DNA of 64,000 bases from Vitrella brassicaformis CCMP3155 (lineage: Eukaryota > Protista > Chromerida): NCBI GenBank assembly GCA_001179505.1, contig CDMY01000346.1, forward strand, positions 43,999 through 107,998, in the 5' to 3' direction. Shown here one piece after another: positions 32,707 through 46,700 of the stretch (the stretch's first letter is position 1; each line of letters begins with the position of its first letter). A model generated the notes under the pieces. It ran no database searches, was not told the DNA's origin, and saw only the letters and a list, made by a program, of their open reading frames with translations. The position numbers were made by a program, and so were the translations under genes.

Positions 32707-33938
32707 GGCTGGCTGAAACGGCCTGAACACTCGGTCACTCAACGATGCACTGCCCGCCAATCAAACACGCCAGTCAGCGGTATCAGGCCGTCCGATTTTC
32801 GGGGTGAGGGGAGGTGGGCTGCGATCTGCTTCGCTTGGGCATCTCGAGGGGACTTCACGATTCACAAAACGCGTCTTCTTTTCGTCCCGCGATCCGGTTG
32901 CGAGCTAAGCGCGCAGGGAGGGCGTTCGTTCGTTCGTTCGTTAACCTCACGGGGACCTTGCCCCCCGGCCCCCCGAAGGGGTACGCAAGAAAGGGTCTGT
33001 GTGAGTCCATAGAAAATCACGAGTCCGGAGAAGGAAGCACCGGATGCAACGCAACCCACCGCTTTCGCGAGGGCGGGTGGCCTATTTGCTGTTTGACTCA
33101 TGTCTTTTGAGATGGCTGTGTGGACAGAAGCTGGCCGGGACCTCTGCAGTGCATGAATCATCACCCGTTGATGAACTTATTGGGTACGCAGCGTCCGGCG
33201 TGTGCACTCGAATACAAATCCCTCTGCCCGTCACTCCACCCTCTTCCTAACTAGCTAACCTCCGCCCTCTTCCTTCACCGCACTTGCCTTGCTGCGGCCT
33301 CGCCTGCGGCCGCATTGCGGCGTGTGTATGCACCCACTGATTGATAGCTATGTCTGCGCTGACGAGGTGAAAAAAGCGACTCATCCGTGCGTGAATCAAA
33401 ACCTGCGCTCACGCCACCGTGCCCCAGCACAACCACAACCACCAACCACAACCGCAACCACCACAACTACCACAACTACGATCGCCACGTAAGTAAGTCA
33501 CTCCCCATTTGCAGTGCACCACCACGAGAGGAAAAAGACGACGGGAACAAGAAGACATACATATATATACATAAACCGACAGACACGCCCCGACCGACGA
33601 TGTGTGTATAAAAGAGCTAGCTACGTGGGCCGGATATGCATCAGCTCCGCCCATAAAGTTCGTCCGCCACACCCAGCAGGTGTTGTGCAGGCGTCAAAAC
33701 CGCCCCTTGGCGAGCGAGCCAGCCAGCCAGAGTCCATCGACAGCGTCGCCCCACGCTGAACACCTGCATAAACGAATCGGGCCTGCCTCGCCCGCGCTCC
33801 ATGAACGGCCTCGCCCCCGGCCCACTTGAAAGACACGCATACGCTCTCACACGACTCAGGCAGGCACGCGCACACACGCGTGCACGCATACACACAAACA
33901 TGCACACATGGATGGATGGATCTGGATGTGCCAATCCA

Positions 33939-35765
33939 TCAGTGGTCGTGGCCTTCGTGACCGTGACCCTCGTGACCCCCATGCGCATGCGTCATACCCT
34001 CCAACACACCAATCGCCGCCATGATACCTGCAGACAGACAGACAGACAGAAAGGAACGCGCATGCACCTCTCCTCTCTCTCTCTCTCTCTCTCTGCTGAG
34101 ATCGCGTGGCTCACTCACTGACCGAGTGCGACGGCCATCATCAAGGCAGTGACCAGGCTCACCGGGAACCACCCCAGCACCGGCGGCTGCCCGTCAGGTC
34201 CCTTGTGGGTCATCTCCACGAAGAGCTTGAGTGCGATGGGCGTCAGCAGCAGCAGTGCGATGGCCAGCCACGCACCGGTTGTGAACGCCAGGCAGTAGCG
34301 CGCGAATTCCTCGACCACTTCGTCAAGCAGGGTGGAGATACCGAGGCCGATTGCGATGCCGACGAAGGATGTGAGGGAGGAAACGATGTTGATGCCGATG
34401 ACCAGGCAGTTGGTGAGGCCGCTCAGACGCAGCACGGCGTAGTCACTCAGCTCCTGCACGCTCGCATACATCCATGAGTCGTAGAGCTGGTCCGCACCTG
34501 TGCGATGGACGGACGTGTCGCGTGGACGTAACGTACCTGCGGGATCTCGTGAGCCAGAATGGCGATGGAAGTCACCAGGCCGACAAACCAGCCCACGTAC
34601 CAGGCGACACCTAGATAAGATGTAAGTCAATGACACACACAGATCCATCGTGCCTCCATCCTCCATCCTCCATCCCTCCCTCCCTCCCTCCCAGCCTCCC
34701 CGACTGACCGATAGAGAGGCCATCGACAAAATTGCAGACCAGGTCGCCGGCCAAGGCCGCCCACCCAAACGACTCCACCGACCGCCAGTCAAACTTCTCC
34801 TTCTCACCTTGCTCTACTATTTTCCCCTCCTCCATCTTTCCCTCCTTTGAGGGCGTGGTGTCGGCATCGTCAGCAACCGTGGCGGACGTGCGCGCTGCAG
34901 GGATGGCCATCCCTGGGTGATGCGTATGCTTGTGGCCGCGGTGGAGGCTATTCATCAGCTGGGAGAAGAGCACACACGCAAGGCTGCCGGCGAAGGCCGT
35001 AATGCCCAGCTTGGCGACGGTGTCGTGCGAGGCGCCCTCGATGGCATGGGGGTATATGTGCATCATGGAATCGCTCTGGGAGACACGCCCAGCGCACACA
35101 CGGAGACCACACATGTACGTGCACTTTGCACCAAAGCTGCGTTCTTGCGTGTGTGTAATGTGCGTGTGGGTGACTGACCACCATGACAGAGATGGAGAGG
35201 ATAACAAGGGCGTACTGGAGAATCTTGCCGGCCACGCCCTTGCCCAGGCACTGCAGGAGGCACATGCCTATCAGGCTGTTGACCGTCAGGATAATGCCTG
35301 CAAACCAACACACATGCAGGTGCCTTGAGATCACCACCCACACCCGATACTTGAGACAGATCTCCCTCGCCCCACTGTACCTGCGATGATACCGGCCAGC
35401 CATCTATATTCGATAGGGAAAGTCTCCCACTCAGCTGCCAGCTCAGCGTCCGCCTCCGCTTGGGAGACACCGGCCATTCCGCTCTCTGCCGAGTGATCAT
35501 GGTCATGGTGGTCGTCATGGTGGTCATGGTCGTCGTGCGGATCGGAGACACCAGCCCCTCCTCCCGCCTCTGAGTGCGCCGCGTGATCATGATCATCGTG
35601 GTCAGCGTGGTCAGCGTGATCATGCCCGCTGTGGTCATCCTCCCCTGTGACACTCACTGTCGGAAAGGAGAAAACCTCCGAGGAGGCATCTTCTTGTGCC
35701 GAGAGCTGCCAGGGCAAAAAGACGACCGCAACGAGAGATACGACGAGCAGCGTGCGGGATGCCAT
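33939..35765 (-). CDS. ZIP (SLC39) divalent metal transporter with signal peptide and His-rich N-terminus, loop and C-terminus
   Basis: Signal peptide MASRTLLVVSLVAVVFLPWQLSA; HDHADH.. repeats; TM4 GDLVCNFVDGLSIG; TM5 AHEIPQELSDYAVL; tail HAHGGHEGHGHEGHDH*. Confidence 0.9.
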
Positions 35766-36317
35766 GATTGTGAAGGGGGACGGGATCTGCTGGAGAGAGG
35801 AAGATCCTGAGAGAGGATCCTTTGGTCTTCCGCCGGTTTTACGGGTCTTACGTCTCGCCCTAACTCAGTCTTTCCCCCGGAGCCCCAGCACGTTCAGATA
35901 TGCTCTCATCGATTGCCGTCGGACTTTCTGTTTAATTCTGGCTTGCGTGTGCCGCTGAAACATATAAGCAATCGATTCTCCCTGCACTCGACCGGTTTTG
36001 ACCAATTGGTTTTGACCGGCAAGCGAGAGGAAAATCCCCCTTCAGTTAGTGTTCGTTGCTTGCATGGGTACAAAACCTGATCATGCCCATGCATACAGTC
36101 ATTCCCGGCACGGCCTTCGGCCAACAAAACTGGCAGCCCTCTACTCCCTGTGTCTCCCCACCCACCCCTCCCGTCTCGTCACAATGTGTCTCCATCACCT
36201 TAGCTATACATACGGTCTCACACAACATCTGATCTCATCCTATGTCTCATGAAAAACCCCGACAGACGTGCGGACCCCGACAGAAGGTGCCCGCAGTAAC
36301 AGACCCTGACATCATAT

Positions 36318-39300
36318 CTATCTCACAGCCGCTTTGTCTGCCTCTTCCCTGGGCGGTGCGATCTCGTTGAGCAGCCGTTGTTGCAGACGACGAACGATCC
36401 GCTGCTGCAGACGCTCGCCAACCCGCATGGCAAACTCCTGCATCGACGGTGCAACCACCAAAACACGATGCCAACCATGCTGCCGTCCATCCAAGCCTCA
36501 CTCCCTTCCTCTTCTGCCGTACCTGTGTTTGTGGCCGTCTGAGTATGTCCCTCAGTCTTGCCAGGTCCTCGCGACTCATCGACTGGCGCGATGCGCCGCC
36601 ACCACCCACAAGCACCCCCGACTGGTCGATGGCCATCTGAGCCAGCTCCACCACGCCGCTGAGATATCGCTGCTCCTTGGTATCCACTTCTGTGAGTGTC
36701 TGGAGGGTTGAGAGGGAGGGCACCAGCAACGGGGGACGCAGCAGGGGCGGGATAGGCGACAGGCTGTCGATCAGCCGGTCTGCAAGGAGGTTGGTCACCT
36801 TCCTTCCGGACATCTCGACGGCCTTTGACACCTCCTCTACCAATGCGTCACGCACAAAGCCAGCCTCGGGCCTGAATCGACAGAAGCACGCACACGTATA
36901 TGAGGACCTACATGCGTCCGCCTTTGTGGCTGGCTTACGAGAAGACGAAATCGAGGACGTCCGGCAACGCCATTGTGCTGTCGGGGAGTGTGTCGAAATC
37001 GACGAACGCGTCTCCTTCGGCCATCAGGCCCTGGGCAGAGTTGAGCAGGACGTTCAGCCGAGTAGGGCTAAACTCTCCATTTTTGTACAGGATCTCTGTC
37101 AATGCGGTTTGGAGCACCTGCGAACCAGCAATGGGGCACACGTGAGTATCCTGATGGCAAACAAGGCCGACCGGCCGGCAGTGGTCGCTTACAGGAGATG
37201 CATCTGTTATAACGCGCCTCGACACATAGGGGTAGGCCTCCTGCACCCAAGACAGACAGAGGGACAGAGATAGAATGAGACACATGCACACATGCATCTG
37301 TCTGGGTCTTGCCATGATGAGCTTGAACTCGGGGTTGCCTGTGAGTGCGATGCCCTCAAGCTGATCCACAGACAGAGAGGAAGAAGAGAATGATTCACCA
37401 TGACCCCTCATGCAATGTGTGCGTACCACGCCCAGCGCGCGGATGATGAGTGCAAAATACGGGGGAATCGAGAAGGGGAAGTCGAACGTGACCTGCTCGG
37501 GACAGAACCCATGCATGACTGATGGATACATTCAATTGATCGTGATCAAAAGTCACCTCGGCCAGCTCGGCCGACAGAGACTGGAAATTGATGCTTTTGG
37601 CACCTCCCCCCTGCATCACACAGAAGAGCCACACATAGCATTCACGCTGTACGCATGTCCACACGCGTGTGCCAGCCACACGTGTGTTTGTATGTACCTG
37701 CAGGGCCTGGTCGAGGATTGCTGCGAGCGCTGGCCGCACCTTGTCCTTGTCTATGTCGGCGGGGAGGAAATCCAGCTTCACAAAGTCGTCGACCACCTTG
37801 TCGTAGTCACGATTAGCCAGGTGAATGATACTCGCTATCATGGCGTCCATCTCGGGCTTGGCGATCTCCGCCATCAGTCCAAAGTCAATCAACACCTAGC
37901 AAGACACACAGAGACATGGAGAAACAGATAGAAAACACAGTTGATGGATGCCATCCACCGTCTTACGCACCAGCTTTCCGTCAGGCGTTGTGAGGAGGTT
38001 GCCTGGATGGGGATCCTGTATCCGCATATGAGACCACGTGACACCACACACCCATGACTGTATGTCTCCCCGTCACTGCAGTAGCACGTGCAGATGCCCT
38101 GACCGAATGGAAGAAGCCCATGTCAAGAAGCTGCGTGAGAAAGCACTCGACCCCAAGCTTGACGAGCTTGTTGATGACCTCCGGCGACTCGTCGGCCAGC
38201 TTCTTGCCCTCGATCCACTCGGTCGTCAGCACCTTCCTGCTCGTGTACTGCTCGTACACGCGCGGAATGTAGATGCCGTCCAGGTGGGTGATCTGACGCT
38301 CGAACTTGATGGCATTCTGACCCTCGTTCACATAGTCCAGCTCTGCACACAGAGAGAGGGAAGAGATCATGGGCATCTGAAGCGCATCGTCTTCTTGCCG
38401 TTGTATGTCCCAGTGGCCCACACGGACAACAGTCCCAGAAAATCAGTCCTCTGCTTGGTGAAGCGCGATTGGATGCTGCCCAGCAGCATGGAAAGCTTTC
38501 TCAGCAGATACAGGTCCAGGCTCACTGCCCGGAGCATATCCGGCCGCTGCACCTTGACCGCCACGAGCTGCCCCGTTGCCTTGAGCCGACAGCGGTACAC
38601 CTGTCCCAGCGAGGCAGCGGCAATCGGATCGTTGAAGTCCTCAAAGATCTCGTCGGTGGGCGCCTCAAGCTCCTCCTCTATCGTCCTGATCGGTCAGCAC
38701 AAAAAGGAGCGTTGTGTGCATGCATCGTGCTCTGTGTAAGCCTCAGGGTCCCCTTACTTCCTGGCGATGGCATTTGGGAATGAGGGCACTCTGCACACAC
38801 ACACACACAACAGCGGCTTCCATCCAAGTGGCCATCCCGCCCTCTTTGCGCTTTCCGTACGCGTCACAGAGTTGCTGTAGCTCATACATGGCCGTGGGGT
38901 TCACCAGATCGGGCCTGCACACAAACAGGCGTGAATGGCACGCGATCTGGACGCTCGATCCGTGCTTGTCGCTCACCGAATGGACAGGGCTTGCCCCAGC
39001 TTGATGAACGTCGGCCCTAGTCGTGTGAGCAACTCCCGAAACTGGACCGCTCTCTTCTTTTTGATGTTTTCGTCGTCGAGCCGCCCCCTCCGCCAATCGA
39101 CAAGCACCCTGAGAGCGAAGGGCGTGGCCTCGTTCAAGACTTGCACGAGCCGCCGCCGAACCTGGCACACACCCCGTATGCACACACATGAGCTGTGTGC
39201 TGATCCGTCCATCGACCCATCCATATCCTGCACCTACTTGTTTGGGTCGTCTGTCCCAGTACTGATTGATTGCTTCAGGATCATAGAAGAGCGGCAGCCC

Positions 39301-40108
39301 AATGTCCTCCTCGCGACCCTTGTCGCCACCAACCATGGTGTCGGCCGGTGTCGCATTCCTGGCGATCAGCTGCAGGTCCTCATCCCCCTCGCCCCCAGAG
39401 GGCACACTCTCAAGCAACTGACCACCAGCCCACACACAGCCAGAACCACAACAACACATGCGTTCATTCATTCTGGCTGACGCCCGGCACTCTCGTTCCA
39501 CCTGTTTCTGCACGGTAGTGAGGAGTTCCCTCTCCTCATCTGCTGCCGGCCCCTCACTCTCATCATCCAGATATGAATCGTCTTCAGGATCGTTCTCAGG
39601 CGGCCGTGCCGAGGTTGGCCGCTGGTTGCGGTTGCGTGAAGCGCGGCGGAATGCAATGGCGGAGGGGGTGGTCCGCTGGGTGGAAGAGGGGGTACCGCCT
39701 GACGACGACGGTCGTGTCGATGACGACCGGTAGGGCGTCGAGTCGGGACTGCTGGGGAAAACAGCACGAGCAGTCTGATGGAAAAAGTGAAGGAGATCCA
39801 AATGACATGAACGTTATCTGCGTGCTCTGCGTGTGTCATACTTTTCGTCGCAGTGCTGATCCGTCAAGGTAGCCCTCGAGCGATTCGCTGCCCCTCACTG
39901 CCCTCTCGTCTTCCGCGCCATCAGTGCTGGCTGGCCGCTCTTTGACCGCCGCACTCAGTCTCAACGTGGCGGCTCTTCTGTGCGGCAGGCCACTCAGAGT
40001 AGGCCTAGATCTCTGCTCCGAAGGCGCGGTGACGATGCTTGAGAGCTGGAATGCGTTGACCACGGATGGGACGAATGCGAAGATCTGTGATGCCGCTGGC
40101 AGCCTCAT
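36318..40108 (-). CDS. ABC1/UbiB-family atypical kinase (ABC1K), probably plastid-targeted
   Basis: LGPTFIKLGQALSIRPDL, PIAAASLGQVYR, VAVKVQRP, ELDY..EG.NA..F, FHSDPHPGN, LIDFGLM, PFSIPPYFALIIRAL..LEGIAL, EAYPY; leader MRLPAASQIFAFVPSVVNA-FQL resembles signal peptide + Phe of complex-plastid targeting. Confidence 0.93.
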
Positions 40109-40796
40109 CCCGCCGGATTGATGATGGTTGGTTGGTTGGTTAGTGTGTTTAACGAGACTCGTGTCTGTAACCCCGGAGGGATCCTGTTGTCTCACGCACT
40201 AAACTAGCAGCATGTACATGCAAAGCATGCACACGGCCTGTCTACCCCTCCCTGCACTGGCACCGGCGGACAAACAGATGGCAGCAGAGAGCACTGGCTG
40301 CCTTGTAGAACGTTGACAAACACCGATTCCGGCTACATACACAAGAACGGGCGCTGTCGCCCAGCAAGAGCCATGGCAAGTGTACAGAAGCCAGAAGGGG
40401 GAAGTGAAAAAATGAGCGCTCTCTGAGCCACCAAAGCAACGATCAGCCAATCACATGAATACACCACCATATACATACGGGACCCATACGGAAGGAAGAC
40501 AGGAAGACAGCAGAGGGAGAGAGAAGGTGGCGGTGCGCGATTTTCGTGAAGAGCAGTTTTACGGGATCGGCAAGCTTTTCCCATAAAGCTTTTCCCCCTC
40601 CCTCCCCTCATCGGTGCGTTTTGATGCAACTTTAGAGTAGGCGTGTGCAGCTGGTCCCTTCCCCCACACAGTGCGCCGTGCACAGATCCTCTCATCCCAT
40701 CCAATTGATCCCATCGCACCAGTCCACCCCTGCGACGCAGCTGCAGAGTCCTGAGTGCGCCCTGGTGCTGTGTCGTTTTGTGTGAGTGAGCGGAGG

Positions 40797-43700
40797 ATGT
40801 CAGCGCTCGACGACCAAGGGACGTACCTGCACTTCAAGCCATGGCAGGAGGCCCTTTTCGGTGAGGACCGACTGCGGAAACAACACCCACAAACAACATA
40901 TACCGCATCCATTGGGGAGGTTGATGGTCTTTCTTTCTTTCACAGGTGTGTTCTACGTGATGGACAGTTCTCGCAAGGAGGCGACGGGGGACGCCATCAA
41001 GATGACCGCAAGGATCCTCAACACCTTCAAGGCAATAGTAGAGTTCCTGCAAATCGTTCCAATGGTGCTGCTGAACTGTGGTCGCGTCCTCAACTGCCGC
41101 GACTACACGCTCATGTCATCGGCCGAGTGCATCGTGGTGCTGGTGTCATCGCCCTTCCGATTCGCGGCTGGTGACGAGACGTTTCGCTATTTTTCGGTGG
41201 TCGGTGGGCTGGCTCTGTTAATGCTGATGGCCCTGGGGTGTGTGCTACTGGTGGCACAGACGTTCAGACAGAGAGAGGTGCATCTGATATGGCCCCTCGT
41301 GCTTCTCAGAGGATTCGTCAGAAGTAAGTGCGAGCAAACGTGAGCGTCATCATCCTTTCTGCCCATGTCTCCCCGTGTCTCCGAGACTGAATCCCATTTG
41401 CCTCTTGTGGTGTGGCGTGGCGTGGCGTGCAGTATTCGTGACAACGTTTTACGTGTCGACGATATATTTGATGATGACAACCTTCAGCTGCCCGCTCCTC
41501 AACTACCGCATCCTCAATCTCGAGACCACTGACCTGAAGCAGTGCTATGGGTACATGGTAAGTAGGTCGGACACACTCACTGAGGAAACGCCCGGGCTTC
41601 TTTTCCTCCTTCCATACATCCCCTGTGTTGTGTGCTGGATGAAGCACATCGCCATTATGGCCTTGAGCGGCATTTCCCTCATGTGGCTCGTCCCTTTCGC
41701 CTTCTTCACGGCACTCCTGTACAACAAGTTTGACCAGTTTTCCCTGGACCCTTCGTGCGCAGCCCACGGTCACCAAAGGAAATGCAAGAATCGTCTGCAT
41801 TGCTTACTGGGTGTCCTTGTGGGATGTGGGGTCATGCAGGTCGCGTGGAGGCGCTGTTTCTGATCGTCAAGACGCAAGTGGTGGCTTGTCGTGTGGCCGT
41901 CGGCTGTTCGCCGGCACCTGAGACACTGCGGTTCGTCATTGCCCTCAACGCTGTCAGCCTCTCAGCTGTCTTCGCTTACTCAGTGCTGCAGGTGTGTAGC
42001 AGATGGACGGATAAGAAGTATACATGAAGACTTATACTGTCCATTGTCTGTGTGCTGTCTGGCCTGACCGACAGGCGCCGTTTTTCAGCAATCTCGGCAA
42101 TCGCCTTCGGGGCGGATTCCTGGCCATCCTCCTGGTGGGTGCGACCAGCGCTGACACACAGCTCACACACGCGCAGAGCAGACACACTTCTGTCCTTTGA
42201 TTCCGTGTGTGTCTCGTGATTGATTGATCCCAGGCTCTGACGCTCTCGGCCTACTCCTTCGGCGAGGGCGACCTGGACGTGCCATCCATGTGGGCGGTGA
42301 GTGACTGATGATGGAAGACCAAATCAACAGATACAGACAGTGCTCGACCCTGTGACATGTGTGCAGATATCGCTGGCTGCGTTTGGGTTCGGCACGTATG
42401 TGTCGCTGATGCGCAAACACGCACTCAATGCGGCAGTGAGACAAACGTGCCGCCAAATGACCGACAGCCTCACGACAGAGATGCGGTCAGCCTTCACTCG
42501 TCTGTCTGCCTGTGTGTGGGGGCACCTGTTTGCTTGTGTTTGTGTGCGTGTGTGCCTACAGCATGACAGTCCACCAAATGATTGAGGAAGAAGACGAGGA
42601 GGAGTCGCCCATGTCGCCGCACACCCCACACGCCACTGGAGGTGAGCTGGGATGGTGCCCACACAACAGATTGGATGGGATTGCACGTCCATTCCTGCAT
42701 GTATGGCTGAATGGGTGCAGCGGTCACCCCCAAGGTTTCCCCTGGTAAACGCGACTCCATCCTGTCCGACGTCGATGTCAACATGCAAATGGAGGTGGCG
42801 AAGTCGAAAAGGGAGTTCAAAAGCAGGCACGCATCAATTGCAGTGCAGGGACACCCGCACCGCCATCTATCTGTGACTGCAATGAGTGAATCGGCGTCTA
42901 TGTGTCTGCTTTGACTGACTGCCCACAGTTCCTACTTCTCCTCTGCCAAAGGCTTGGCCAAGCTTCTGGTTTTCGACTGCGACATCGAGCTGCTCTTCCG
43001 CGGGGTCGGCGACGAGTGGCATGAAATGAGCGACAGCGAGAAAACAGTGGCCGGTTTTGTGCTCGAGACCGTGTTCTATTACTTGTCGCTAAACGCCGAG
43101 AGCTCCCGAAAGGCACTCCTCTACGTGTGGTACGCCTCATCCCTCAACATGTTGTTAAAGGTATGCAGACAGACCGTCACCCACGGAGCAACGGCAAGGA
43201 AGGAAGGAAAGAAGGAAAGAAGGACGGAAGGGAGTGTGTGTGTGTGTGTCTCGATCGGCAGAATGCTTACTCGTCCTTCAAGTACGTGAGGCTGGCGCAC
43301 GAGACGGCCTCACCCTTCACCCTGGACGTCCAGTACCTGTGCTACTGCCTGCAAAAGGATAGTACGTGACTAGACATCACACCGGAGGACCTGCGGGCAC
43401 ACATTTCTGTCCGTATCTGTGACTGTGCGTCTCTAGTCGAGAACACACGGCAGCTGAGCTACCTGGGGACGAAGCGCAAGGCGGGGAACCTGATAGACTT
43501 GGTCACCTACAAGAAATGGGCCAACACTGCCAAACAAAACCACGAGAAAGCTGTCGGTTGCTGTCACATCACGTCACATTCATGCTTGTCATATCCTTCC
43601 AACAATCCGTCCCCGTGTCGTGTGTGCAGTTGCACGAGCTCATGTCGTTCTTCAAAGCGCTTCATCAATCCGACAAGTCGGGCACGGCCATCACCGCCCA

Positions 43701-46700
43701 AAACTGCAAAAGGGTAGGCGCCCGAGGACGGTCAATATGGCGCTTGTTCCCTGCCTCACTCATTCGCTGGGGTTTGCTTCATCAGGAGCTCACGAAGCTC
43801 TCATCTGCTCTTGTCGCCGTCCGAAACGCTCAAAACGCGTACACGACCCTGGTATTGCTCTGTGTTCGAAAATGCGCACAGAGATACATACATACACCAA
43901 TGCCCTGTCGCAGATGAATCGTTTCCCTCGGTCGCCCGAGGCTCTCGAGTCGTGTTCGGCCTTCCTGTACCAAGTCTACGGCGAGACAAGGCAGGCACAA
44001 GCCCTCACAGACAGGAACACACTGGCCGGCTGGCTGGCTGGCCATGGCAGCCTCTATTGATCGTTCGATATCTGCGCACTGCATTAGGTACACCGATATG
44101 CTGGATGTGGGCGACTCTGGCCGCAGTGCTGCTGGCGGCGGGGCCGACACACACAGTGAAGGCTCGTCCGTCAGTGGGGTGGGCAGCGCGATTGGCAAGG
44201 CCGGCGCAGGCGGGCCGTTGGGCATGCAGGCGTCCATCAAGGCACACGTCATTACCTCGGTGGACCGCGAGAAGCGCCGGGGGCTGTTATGGATCACGGT
44301 GGCCAACGTCATTGGCCTGACGTGCATCTTGGCCGTCACGACGGCGACAACTTCCTCGGAGTTCAGCAGATGGACTACATCAACGACCAAATGGAGGAGG
44401 TCAAGTGGACCAGCCAAATGGCAGAGGTAGGTTTTCTCTCTCCCTCTCTCGACTGAGCGCGTCCAGTCTCTTTTTGCCTGTACCTCCACACGCCGATACA
44501 CCGTGTGTCTCGTCAGAATTGGCTGGAGGTGGCTATCGCGCTAAACAGAATGGATGTGTGCTCCCAATTCACCCCGACATACCCGGGGTCTGATCCGGCT
44601 TTGCACATGGAGGTCAAAAGTCGTTGCCGCCTACACACGCACTCATCCATCCCTCGGTCTGGTGTCTTCTGCAGGCCCTGCAGTGCCTGGGGGATGAGCT
44701 TGATGAGGTGTGGGGCCTGGCACGAGGACTTATGGACGCTGCCAACAAAGTCATGGACCTGGCAATCAAGGAGAAAATGCAGAAAGTGGAGGACCTCTTC
44801 AACAAGGATGAGCGTGTCAGGATCGTCTACTTTACAGACAATGGGATGGCCGTGGAGAGGATGGGCCCCTTCCAGGATTTGGGTATGACCTATACATGCA
44901 CACGCATTCATAATGGCGGCACGTTTGGTGCGCCGCTGCGTACTGCGTGCAGTGACCTTCTACATCGATGCCATGAAGAAATTCTACCTCGACGGTGACT
45001 TCCATGTGTTTCAGTAGTCCAGTCAGAGACAGAGACATCACCTCCGCCTCTTCGTCCGTCCGTCTGTCTGTCTGTCTGTCCTCCCTCCGTCTGCTTGTCT
45101 GTCTGTCTGTCTGTCTGTCTGGACCAGCAGTGCCTCAGATACCCCCGCCAGGCCAGGAAAAAGTCTACGCAGACCGTCACTTTCGTTTTCTGACACAAAA
45201 TTCCATGGGCACTGCCGCATCGGAATTACTGGCGATTATGAAAGCCCAGCTGGAGCATGTGGTACGTGGATACACACGCATGCGCGTCAGTCCGTCCGTT
45301 TGTGTCTCGCGATCTCGTGCAGCAACAGGAGGTGGACGGCGCCATCATTCTGATTTTCGGCGTGGCGTCCCTGACACTTATTGTGCCGCTCTTCTCCTGC
45401 ATCTACTCCGTCTGGGCGGTGAGGAGGAAACTGCGGCAATTCGACGAGAGAGCCACGCCACCCCTCGCCCTTCATCTCACCCTCGAGCTCACTGCCAAGC
45501 AGAAGCGCTCCCTGCAGGCATGCCAGGCAGCCAGCCAGCTAAAGCGGAGTAGCAAGTGCACGTATGCGAACAGTCACATGTGTGGGTGTGTGCAGAAACG
45601 CTTTCGGAAAGGGAGAAAGGCGCACAAGATGGGATTGAGTGACCTCGGTCTAGCGGATGATGTCTCCTCTAAGCACGCCAGCGACTTTGGTGACTCACCC
45701 AGGTGGGCGACATGCGCATGCCTCGCCCTTAGCGGCGTGTCATGTCTCCTCGTGTTTGTTCGTCCACAGAAAAGGAAGCCACCGATGCTCGTGGGAGGAG
45801 GAGCCCGACAGCGTGAGCATCCATCAATGATCATCACAATGCATCGATGATCACAATTCATCGATGATGTGTCTATCTCTATTGTGTCGTGTCTCCCAGG
45901 AGACAATTGGCCAAGGAAGGCATCGGTCGTCAGTGAGCACGATAGCGACCAAGAGGCTCTCCGCGTCGCCCCGCCACGCCATCGAGGACGTTCAGCACGT
46001 GTCGGCTCGCCATCGCCTGACGAATGAGGTGGTTCAGCAGTTTGTGCCGCCAACCGACACGGACATGAGCCCTCTTAGGGCTTCACCTCTCAGCAAGGGC
46101 AAGACACTGGACCAGTGCTCAGTCGCCGTTGAGCGCGACGACAGCATGGCCAGCAACGGGCAGATATCAGACGAGGATCAAGGCGAGCTGCCAGAGCTCT
46201 ACGGTGGTAAGTGGCGACCAATAAACCGATCTTTCGCTCTGTTCTATCTTTGCTCGCTAAGCAGACAGCGCCAACGTGATGAGCGCCACGTCACCGCAAT
46301 ACCAGCGTCGCGATAGTCCGCCTGGCGTCGTGGGAGACACGGACGAAGCACCCGATGATAACCAAGATGCAGAGGTTGACCAAGTGAGCGCTCACGTGGC
46401 TGGCATGAATGGATACACTCGCTGCTGTTTGCACGGATGGACACGCATAGGATCAGATGCCCTTCGTCGTTGTTAATAGAGACTCATCGGGTGGTGAAGG
46501 GGGTGAGGCGCTGGGCGAGGAGCCTGGTTCGGGCACTCTCTCTCCGCGTTCCGGCACCGCCTCTCCGCGGTCTCCCCTCCGCTTTTCGGATCGAAAGGCT
46601 GTCCACAAGTATCCGGCCAGACAGGACTCGATTGAGTTCAAGAAAGAAATGGTGGGTGCTTCGGCTGGCTGGGCATCCAGGGATTCACGTCATTCATCTC

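Noticed and set aside
32940-33000. GC hairpin (cccc-cgaa-gggg) as an ncRNA
   Set aside because: The stem is too short and no RNA family features are present; probably promoter sequence of the Chorein-N gene.
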